This document shows, piece after piece, positions 56,439 through 64,000 of a DNA stretch of 64,000 nucleotides. Made by a program: the position numbers and the translations under genes. Below the pieces are notes generated by a model that did not search any database, was not told where the DNA came from, and saw only the letters and a program-made list of their open reading frames with translations. Source of the DNA: Gemmatimonadales bacterium (GTDB lineage: Bacteria; Gemmatimonadota; Gemmatimonadetes; Gemmatimonadales; GWC2-71-9). The stretch spans positions 64,001-128,000 of the forward strand of contig JBBQFH010000003.1 of assembly GCA_038321865.1 (NCBI GenBank), in the 5' to 3' direction. Within the stretch, counting starts at the first letter, position 1. Every line of letters starts with the position of its first letter.

Positions 56439-59231
56439 CTAGCGTGCGGCAGTGGCGACGTCGGTCAGCAGCGGAGCGAGATAGCGCCCTGTGTGGGACT
56501 CGCCCAGCTCCACGATCTGTTCCGGCGTGCCTTGGCCGACCACGCGTCCCCCGTCGTTTCCCGCCTCGGGTCCCATGTCGATCACCCAGTCCGCCCGCTT
56601 GATGACATCGAGATGGTGTTCGATGACGACGACCGTGTGCCCGGCGTCTACCAGGCGGTCGAGCACCTGGATGAGCACGCGCACGTCGTCGAGATGGAGG
56701 CCGGTGGTCGGCTCATCGAGGATGTAGAGCTTCCGGCCGGCCTTCCGGCCCGCGCTTGCCAGCTCGCGAGCAATCTTCAGGCGCTGGGCCTCCCCTCCGG
56801 AGAGCGTGGTCGCGGGCTGGCCGAGGCGCAGGTATCCGAGGCCGACCTGCTGCAGGTGCCAGAGCGCGGTGCCCAGCCGGGGCTGGTGGCGGAAGCGTGA
56901 GATCGCCTCCTCAACGGTCCACTGCAGCACGTCGTGAATCGAGCAGCCGTGGATCCGGACCTCGAGCACTTCGCGCCGGTAGCGTGTGCCGCCGCAGACC
57001 TCGCACGGCACGAAGACGTCGGCGAGAAACACCATCTCGACCTGCACGTGCCCGGCCCCCTCGCAGGCATCGCAACGGCCGCCGGGGAGGTTGAACGAGA
57101 AGGTCGCCGCACTGTACTTCCGCTGCCGGGCCAGCGGCTGCTCCGCGAACAGCTCGCGGATCTCGTCGAACGCCTTGATGTACGTCACCGGGTTGGAACG
57201 TGGGGACCGTCCGATCGGCGACTGATCCACCATCAGCACATCCTGCAAAAACTCCCACCCCGTGATCGACCTGACCGCGCCCACCGGCTCGCCCAGGTGC
57301 GACTTGGCCGAATGGCCGCCGTGGATGCGCGCTTCCAGGTTCCGGTAGATCACGTCGTAGATCAGGCTGCTCTTTCCGGAGCCGGAGACGCCGGTGATCG
57401 CCGTCAGTGTGCCGAGCGGAATATCAACGTCGACATCGCGGAGGTTGTGCAGCGTCGCGCCGCGCACGCGCAGCCACTGGGGCCCCGCCGCCCGCCGCTC
57501 GGCCGGCACGCCGATGCGCTTCTCGCCGCTGAGGTACTGGCCGGTGAGCGAACCGCCGGCGGTCTCGAGCGGGCCTGCGTGCACGACCTGGCCGCCGTGC
57601 TCGCCGGAGCCGGGGCCGAGCTCGAGCATGAAATCGGCCTGCTGGATGGCCGCGAGGTCGTGCTCCACCACGATGACGGTGTTGCCCGCGTCGCGCAGGC
57701 GGCGCAGCAGCGCGAGCAGGCGCCCGGTGTCGCGCGGGTGAAGGCCGATGGACGGTTCGTCGAGCACGTACAGCGTGTCCACCAGGCGCGATCCCAGGGC
57801 GTTGGCGAGGGCGATGCGCTGCGCCTCGCCGCCGGAGAGGGTGCGGGTCTGACGGTCGAGTGAGAGGTAGCCGAGCCCCACGTCCCGGAGGTAGGTGAGC
57901 CGCGCGTCGAGCTGCTCGACGATGAGCTGGGCGATCCGCCGCTCGGTATCGCTCAATTCGAGCGCATCCATCCACGCCCGTATTCCGTCCACCGGCCGGG
58001 CGGCGACGTCGGCGATTCGATCGGCGCCGATCCGGACCGCCAGCGCGCTCCCATTCAGCCGGGTGCCGCCGCAGGCGTCGCACGTGTGCGCCAGCTGATA
58101 CTGACGGAGAAAGACCCTGATGTACTGCTTGTAGCGCTTTTCCTCGAGATCCGTGAGAAACGGGAAGATGCCGATGTAGCGGCCCTTGCGGCCGTGCAGC
58201 AGCTCGTGGCGCACGGACGCTTTGAGTTTGGTCCAGGGCTTGTCGGGGTCCGCACCCAGGGCGCGGGCCGTGTCGAGCAGCAGGCGCCGCCGCGTCTCAT
58301 AGCGCGGCTTGGTCCAGGGGTCAATCGCCCCCTCGGCGAGACTTCGAGCGGGGTCGGGAACGATGAGCGACTCGTCGTACTCGAGCGTCGCACCGAAGCC
58401 GTTGCAGGCGGGGCAGGCCCCGCGCGGATTGTTGAATGAAAAAAGCGCCGGCGTCACGAGCGGGGCCGGCGTGTCGCAGGCGCTGCAGGCGGGAAATTCG
58501 GTAAAGCGCAGCCGGCCGCCCTCATGCACCGCCAGCGCCACGCCTTCACCCTCCTGAAATGCGGTCGAGACCGATTCGGCGATGCGGCCGGCCGACGCCG
58601 CGTCGGCCGTCAGCCGGTCGACCACGACGATCAGGTCGGCCGACTGGGTCAGATCGATGTCCGGCGGCAGCTCGTCGAGATGGTATGGGACACCGTCGGC
58701 GAGCAGGCGGACGAAGCCCATCGCGCGCAGGTTTTCGACGATGGCGGCGTGACTGTGCCGGGCCGAGGGCGGGAGCGGGAAGGCGATCTGCAGCCGGCCA
58801 CTGGCAGCCGACAGGATATCGTCCGTAGCCGACTGCGGCGTGTCGCGCCGGACCGGAGCGCCGCAGACCCGGCAGTAGCTCCGGCCGAGGCGGGCCCAGA
58901 GCAGGCGCAGATAGTCGTAGATCTCCGTGGCCGTGCCGACGGTGGACCGGCTGGACATCGTCGGGTTGCGCTGCTCGATGGCCACCGCAGGCGCCAGCCC
59001 CTCGAGCCGGTCCACCAGCGGCTTCGGCATGCGCTCGAGGAACTGCTTGGCGTAGGTCGAGAGCGACTCGATATAGCGACGCTGCCCCTCAGCGTAGATC
59101 GTATCGAAGGCGAGCGTGCTCTTGCCCGAGCCGGAGGGCCCGGTGATGACGATGAGCGACCGGTGCGGGAGGTCGACGGTGACGCCCTTCAGATTGTTCT
59201 GATGGGCGTTGACGATGCGGATGACGGACAC
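56439..59231 (-). CDS. uvrA: Excinuclease ABC subunit A (UvrA family)
   Basis: Two Walker A sites (GPSGSGKS, GVSGSGKS), two LSGGEAQR signatures and zinc fingers. Confidence 0.92.
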   Translation of the reverse strand: MSVIRIVNAHQNNLKGVTVDLPHRSLIVITGPSGSGKSTLAFDTIYAEGQRRYIESLSTYAKQFLERMPKPLVDRLEGLAPAVAIEQRNPTMSSRSTVGTATEIYDYLRLLWARLGRSYCRVCGAPVRRDTPQSATDDILSAASGRLQIAFPLPPSARHSHAAIVENLRAMGFVRLLADGVPYHLDELPPDIDLTQSADLIVVVDRLTADAASAGRIAESVSTAFQEGEGVALAVHEGGRLRFTEFPACSACDTPAPLVTPALFSFNNPRGACPACNGFGATLEYDESLIVPDPARSLAEGAIDPWTKPRYETRRRLLLDTARALGADPDKPWTKLKASVRHELLHGRKGRYIGIFPFLTDLEEKRYKQYIRVFLRQYQLAHTCDACGGTRLNGSALAVRIGADRIADVAARPVDGIRAWMDALELSDTERRIAQLIVEQLDARLTYLRDVGLGYLSLDRQTRTLSGGEAQRIALANALGSRLVDTLYVLDEPSIGLHPRDTGRLLALLRRLRDAGNTVIVVEHDLAAIQQADFMLELGPGSGEHGGQVVHAGPLETAGGSLTGQYLSGEKRIGVPAERRAAGPQWLRVRGATLHNLRDVDVDIPLGTLTAITGVSGSGKSSLIYDVIYRNLEARIHGGHSAKSHLGEPVGAVRSITGWEFLQDVLMVDQSPIGRSPRSNPVTYIKAFDEIRELFAEQPLARQRKYSAATFSFNLPGGRCDACEGAGHVQVEMVFLADVFVPCEVCGGTRYRREVLEVRIHGCSIHDVLQWTVEEAISRFRHQPRLGTALWHLQQVGLGYLRLGQPATTLSGGEAQRLKIARELASAGRKAGRKLYILDEPTTGLHLDDVRVLIQVLDRLVDAGHTVVVIEHHLDVIKRADWVIDMGPEAGNDGGRVVGQGTPEQIVELGESHTGRYLAPLLTDVATAAR

Positions 59232-59327
59232 GGTCCAAAGATAGCGGTTCGGGATGCTTTCGGGAGTGATCCGTGGGCGTAATGCCCTACCGCCCCCATG
59301 GGCGGAGGGCGTACCTTTAGCGCCTTA

Positions 59328-60392
59328 ATGGCCAAACTCCTCACGCCGAAACTCGTCTTGCGCGGCTTCGAGATTTTCGTCGTCGCATCGCTGGTCGGAT
59401 TCGTCCTCACGCTCGTCTATGGCAACAATCTCCCGGCGTTCCTGGCGGCTCTCGGGCGGCTGCACTGGGCCTGGCTGCTCGTCGGGCTGGGCCTGGCGTC
59501 CATGGACTGGATCGGCGGCGGGCTTCGGCTCTGGGTGGTGGCGCGCGAGGCGTACCCCGACCCGCCGCTGAAGGGCATGATCCTCGCCGGCGGGATGAGT
59601 GCATGGGCCGCCTACGTCACCCCGCTGCAGTCGGGGGCGGGGCCCATGATGATGTACACCATGCGGCGCTATGGCGTACCATTGCCGGTGGCGGTCACCT
59701 CCACGCTCATGACCTTCATCGCGACCGTGGCCTTCTTCGCCATCGCCGGGCCGCTGGCGATCGTCTTCGGCGCCGGGAAGTCACTCGGCGAGCGCGGGCA
59801 CGTGCTGGGGCTCTCGCTGTACGATCTCTTCCTCGGCAGCCTCGGCATCTTCGGCGGGCTCGGCCTCCTGCTCGTCACGGTCATCGTCTTTCCCAAGCTG
59901 GTGCGAGACCTCATCCAGCGGCTGGCCGAGCGGCTCAGCCGCCGAAGCGAACGGCTGTCCTCGCGCCTGGCTCGGCTCAGCCACGGGCTGGATGAGGCGC
60001 ATGCGAGCGTCGTCGCCTTCAACACGCCCCGCGGCTGGCTGGCGCTCTTCTGGGCGGTTCTCCTGTCGGCGCCCTCCCACGCCAACAAGCTGCTCGCCGG
60101 CTACGTGACTCTCCGGGTGCTCGGTATCGAGGTGCAGTTCGTAGACGTGTTGCTGCTGCAGACGCTCATCACCTTTCTCCTGTATTTTGCGCCGACGCCG
60201 GGCGCCTCCGGAATCGCGGAGCTCATGTCCGCGGCGGTCATGTCGGTGTATGTGCCGCGCGAACTGACGCCGATCTACACCCTGATCTGGCGCATGATCC
60301 TCAGCTACTTCACCATCGCCTTCGGCTTCTTCGTCTTTTCCGGCTGGGTGCGGAAGGGGCTCAAGGGCATCGACGACGGAGCGGCCGTCTAG
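59328..60392 (+). CDS. Lysylphosphatidylglycerol synthase TM / flippase-like membrane protein (UPF0104)
   Basis: Multiple TM segments; VTP..SG and PTPGASG.AE...WR motifs. Confidence 0.8.
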   Translation: MAKLLTPKLVLRGFEIFVVASLVGFVLTLVYGNNLPAFLAALGRLHWAWLLVGLGLASMDWIGGGLRLWVVAREAYPDPPLKGMILAGGMSAWAAYVTPLQSGAGPMMMYTMRRYGVPLPVAVTSTLMTFIATVAFFAIAGPLAIVFGAGKSLGERGHVLGLSLYDLFLGSLGIFGGLGLLLVTVIVFPKLVRDLIQRLAERLSRRSERLSSRLARLSHGLDEAHASVVAFNTPRGWLALFWAVLLSAPSHANKLLAGYVTLRVLGIEVQFVDVLLLQTLITFLLYFAPTPGASGIAELMSAAVMSVYVPRELTPIYTLIWRMILSYFTIAFGFFVFSGWVRKGLKGIDDGAAV

Positions 60393-62180
60393 GTGGACGG
60401 CCAGACCGACGAGGTCCCCGCCCGGGGATACGATCCGCTGCTGCTCCGACGGCTGCTCCGGTATCTGCGGCCGCATGGCTGGCTCACCGCGGCCGCGATC
60501 GTGCTCCTGCTGGGCAGCGCGTCGCTGGCGCTGGTGGGGCCGGAGCTGACGCGACGCGCCATCGATGTCGCCATTCCCGCGCGCGACACGGGGCTCCTCG
60601 CCACGCTCGCGGCACTCTTCTTCGCCTCCCTTCTGCTCGAGTTCCTGACCGACTACGGCCAGGCGCTGTTGACGACGATCATCGGCCAGCGGGTGATGTA
60701 CGACCTCCGGCTCGCCATCTTCGCTCACCTGCAGCGGCTGAGCATTCGCTACTTCGACACCCATCCGGTCGGCCGGCTGATGACGCGCGTGACCAGCGAC
60801 GTCGAGACGCTGAACGAGCTCTTTTCATCCGGGCTCGTCACCGTTTTCGGCGATCTCTTCACGCTGCTGGCGATCATGACCCTGATGCTGCTGACCGACT
60901 GGCGGCTCGCCCTGGTCGCCTTTGCGGTCATTCCCTTTGTCTGGCTCACCGCCACGGTGTTCCGGCACCAGGTGCGCGAGGCATTTCGCGACATCCGGAC
61001 CCGGCTGGCGCGGCTCAACAGCTTTCTCCAGGAACACCTGTCGGGCATGCGCGTGGTCCAGCTGTTCGGCCGCGAAGGCGCCGAAGCGGAGCGGTTCGAC
61101 GTGCTCAACCGGGACCACCTCGACGCCCATCTCCGGTCGATCACGGTGTATGCCGTGTTCTTCCCCGTCATCGAGGCGCTCTCGGCGGTGGCGCTGGCCC
61201 TCCTGCTGTTCTACGGCGGGGGCCGCGCACTCGACGGGACGCTGACCGTGGGCGTGCTGGCGGCGTTCATCCAGCTCACGCGACGGTTTTTCCAGCCGCT
61301 GCAGGACCTGTCGGAGAAGGTGAACCTGCTGCAGAGCGCCATGGCATCGTCGGAACGGGTCTTCCAGCTGCTGGACGAGCCGATCGACGTGGCGGAGCCG
61401 GTCGCGGCGGTCGCGCTGCCGGGTCCCGCCCGCGGCGAGCTCCGGTTCGAAGGCGTCTGGTTTCGCTACAGCGACACCGGGCCGTGGGTCCTGAAGGACG
61501 TGTCGTTCGTGGCGGCGCCGGGGACGACGGTCGCGCTGGTGGGGCACACCGGGGCAGGGAAATCCACGATCATCAACCTGCTGCTCCGCTTCTACGATCC
61601 GGTGCAAGGCCGGATCACGGTGGACGGCGTGGACATTCGCGCCCTCTCCACCGACGTACTGCGGGGGTTGATCGGGTTCGTCCAGCAGGACCTGTTCCTG
61701 TTCGCGGGCGATATCCTGCACAACCTCGTCCTCGATGCCCCGATCTCACCGGAGGCCGCGGCGGAGTCGGCCCGACGGGTCGGGGCCGACCGGTTCATCG
61801 CCCGCCTCCCGGCCGGATACCACCATATACTTGGCGAGCGTGGCCGCAGCCTGAGCGTGGGCGAGCGCCAGCTGCTCAGTTTTGCCCGGGCCCTGGCGCG
61901 CGATCCCACGATTCTCGTCCTCGACGAGGCGACGAGCTCGGTGGACGCGGAAGCGGAGGCCCAGATCCAGTCGGCGCTCGCCGAGCTGATGGCCGGACGC
62001 ACCAGCCTGATCGTCGCGCACCGGCTGAGCACCGTGCTTCACGCCGATGAAATTCTGGTGTTGCACCATGGTGAGATCAGGGAGCGGGGCGCCCACCGGG
62101 CATTGCTGGCACACCGGGGCCTCTACGAACGGCTCTACCGGTTGCAGCAGTATGGTGGGGCGGAACGCCGGAGCGCCTGA
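60393..62180 (+). CDS. ABC exporter, fused permease/ATPase
   Basis: TM domain; GHTGAGKST, LSVGERQ and LDEATSSVD motifs. Confidence 0.93.
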   Translation: MDGQTDEVPARGYDPLLLRRLLRYLRPHGWLTAAAIVLLLGSASLALVGPELTRRAIDVAIPARDTGLLATLAALFFASLLLEFLTDYGQALLTTIIGQRVMYDLRLAIFAHLQRLSIRYFDTHPVGRLMTRVTSDVETLNELFSSGLVTVFGDLFTLLAIMTLMLLTDWRLALVAFAVIPFVWLTATVFRHQVREAFRDIRTRLARLNSFLQEHLSGMRVVQLFGREGAEAERFDVLNRDHLDAHLRSITVYAVFFPVIEALSAVALALLLFYGGGRALDGTLTVGVLAAFIQLTRRFFQPLQDLSEKVNLLQSAMASSERVFQLLDEPIDVAEPVAAVALPGPARGELRFEGVWFRYSDTGPWVLKDVSFVAAPGTTVALVGHTGAGKSTIINLLLRFYDPVQGRITVDGVDIRALSTDVLRGLIGFVQQDLFLFAGDILHNLVLDAPISPEAAAESARRVGADRFIARLPAGYHHILGERGRSLSVGERQLLSFARALARDPTILVLDEATSSVDAEAEAQIQSALAELMAGRTSLIVAHRLSTVLHADEILVLHHGEIRERGAHRALLAHRGLYERLYRLQQYGGAERRSA

Positions 62181-62255
62181 ATTGGTCGCTTGCGGAGGTC
62201 GGATTGGACCGGGTACGTTTGACCGAAATCGATCATTCCCTCGACGCGATCGCCC

Positions 62256-63506
62256 ATGATGCACCTTGAAGCGGGTGGACGGACCTACCCGATCGCCGTT
62301 GGTGAGCTTGTGATCGGGTCCGGCGCGGGTGCCTCGGTCCTGCTCCCCGGCGACGGCGTGGCCGAGCGTCACGCGCTCGTCCAGGGCTCGGCCGACGGGG
62401 GAGCGGCCGTTCGCGCCTGTCCGGGCGCCGAGGTGCTGGTCAACGGCGTGCGCCTGGGGGGTGATCCGACGCCCCTGCTGCACGGCGACAAGCTCAGGAT
62501 CGGCGGTACGGAGCTGCTCGTCGTGGATGCCCGGCGAGCGGGGCGGACGCAGATCATGAATGCCGCGGCCCTGGCCGATGCCACGGCCGTCGTGCTGCCG
62601 AAGGGGAACCGGCGTCCGAGCGGCGGGCGGGTGGTCTGCCTGACCGACGGGCGGGAATACCCCGTGGGGGAGGGCCCCCTGGTGTTCGGGCGGGAGGCGG
62701 GTGCCGACGTGGTGGTGCCGAGTGATGACGTGTCCCGTCAGCACGCCGAGATCAAGGCCACGGATGCGGGCTACGTGCTGATGGACCTGAGTGCGAACGG
62801 CACCTTCGTGAACGGTGGGCGGGTCGAGGGGGCGCGACCGCTGGTGCGGGCCGACATCATTCGCGTCGGCCCGGACGAGTTCCGCTTTCACGCCGATCCC
62901 GACGGCCCGCCCCCGGGGGCCGAGCAGCAGCTCAACGATACGCTCCACGGCGTCCGCTCCACGCCGTTGCCGGGTATCCCGGTCGCACCGCCGCTGCTGG
63001 CGTCGCTGCTGGGTCGTTCCGGAGCGCTCAAGGGGACCCGGTTCGCGATACGCGCGACGGTGGCGAGTGTCGGACGGGGCGAATACAACGATGTCGTGCT
63101 CCCCGATCCGAGCGTGAGCACGATGCACGCCAAGCTGCAGCGTCGCGATGACGTCTGGGTGGTGGTCGATCTGGGATCCACCAACGGGACGTTCGTGGAC
63201 GATGAGATGGCCAATGAGGACATGGCGCTGTCACCCGGAACCTCACTGAGGTTCGGCGAGGTGCTGCTGCTGTTCGAACCATTCGATGACGTGGCGGAGT
63301 CCGCGGCGCGTGACACCCAGGCAGTGGCGAGCCTGGATTCCGCCGACCCGGCCGCCGGTGCGCCGTCCGACCCGGGCGTTGCGAAGCCGACGAGACGCCG
63401 CCAGACTTCCCGACCCGCCAAGCGCGGGGACCGGACTTCGGTAATCGTGGCCGTGGCGGTGGTGCTGCTCGCGGCGATGGCGGTCGCCTTCATGATGCTG
63501 ACATAG
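62256..63506 (+). CDS. Triple FHA-domain protein with C-terminal TM anchor
   Basis: GR...VSRQHA...DLSANGTFVNG and GR...VSTMHA...STNGTFV; the first FHA is degenerate. Confidence 0.88.
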   Translation: MMHLEAGGRTYPIAVGELVIGSGAGASVLLPGDGVAERHALVQGSADGGAAVRACPGAEVLVNGVRLGGDPTPLLHGDKLRIGGTELLVVDARRAGRTQIMNAAALADATAVVLPKGNRRPSGGRVVCLTDGREYPVGEGPLVFGREAGADVVVPSDDVSRQHAEIKATDAGYVLMDLSANGTFVNGGRVEGARPLVRADIIRVGPDEFRFHADPDGPPPGAEQQLNDTLHGVRSTPLPGIPVAPPLLASLLGRSGALKGTRFAIRATVASVGRGEYNDVVLPDPSVSTMHAKLQRRDDVWVVVDLGSTNGTFVDDEMANEDMALSPGTSLRFGEVLLLFEPFDDVAESAARDTQAVASLDSADPAAGAPSDPGVAKPTRRRQTSRPAKRGDRTSVIVAVAVVLLAAMAVAFMMLT

Positions 63507-63515
63507 CGGAGCCAC

Positions 63516-64000
63516 GTGCACTTCACCTGTGCGGCCCGAACCGACGTCGGCATCGTCCGGTCGGGTAACGAAGACAACTACCTGATGCTCGCCGAGCGCG
63601 GGATCTTCATCGTCGCCGACGGCATGGGGGGCCACGCCGCCGGCGAAGTCGCGAGCGAGATGGCCGTGCGCACGATCTCCCGCGAGATCGGCTCGTTGCG
63701 CGGGCTCGGCGATCAGGAAGCCGGTGAGCGGATCGGGAACGCGATCCGGAGCGCGAACGACGCCATCTTCTCCCGCACGCTTTCCGAGCACGACAAGCGC
63801 GGCATGGGCACCACGGCGACCGTCCTGGTCCTCCAGCCCAAGCGCTACCTGATCGGCCAGGTCGGCGACAGCCGCGCCTACCTGCTGCGAAACGGCGAGA
63901 TGCTGCAGCTGACCAAGGACCACTCGTACGTGCAGGAGCAGGTCGATGCCGGGCTGCTCACCCCGGACCAGGCACGGGTCCATCCCTACAGCAACGTGAT
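63516..64000 (+). CDS. PP2C-family Ser/Thr protein phosphatase (partial, runs off window)
   Basis: GTG 63516: TDVG.VRSGNED, VADGMGGHAAGEVAS, GMGTT, VGDSRAY and QLTKDHS motifs. Confidence 0.93.
   Translation, partial: MHFTCAARTDVGIVRSGNEDNYLMLAERGIFIVADGMGGHAAGEVASEMAVRTISREIGSLRGLGDQEAGERIGNAIRSANDAIFSRTLSEHDKRGMGTTATVLVLQPKRYLIGQVGDSRAYLLRNGEMLQLTKDHSYVQEQVDAGLLTPDQARVHPYSNV

Overview
A 64 kb window of a GC-rich bacterial chromosome; gene content and protein style suggest Gemmatimonadota (inference). Most of it is housekeeping or ordinary accessory DNA: ffh-rpsP-rimM-trmD-rplS-rnhB, PhoB/PhoR-like genes divergent from a nucleotide-scavenging operon (tandem nucleotidase, small beta-grasp protein, add, nupC, PNP), thiD, pilD, bioD, ilvE, two lytic transglycosylases, moaC, holB, uvrA, tRNA-Lys(UUU), tRNA-Asn(GUU) and an FHA/PP2C pair. 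The stand-out feature is a complete 3.9 kb IS1-family element with passenger genes (27958-31898). It has 18-bp imperfect terminal inverted repeats with a perfect 13-bp core and an 8-bp target duplication (gccgcatc). It carries a small basic protein, a structured spacer with an SD-led MKKH minigene, a DUF5343-like gene, a small orphan, and a DNA methyltransferase fused to an Mrr-like nuclease domain that is translationally coupled to the transposase. Also notable are an uncharacterised creatininase/KPR/SDR/M20/APC/CocE operon, several gene remnants, and repeated signatures of leaderless genes. All product calls come from motif recognition by eye; no database searches were run.
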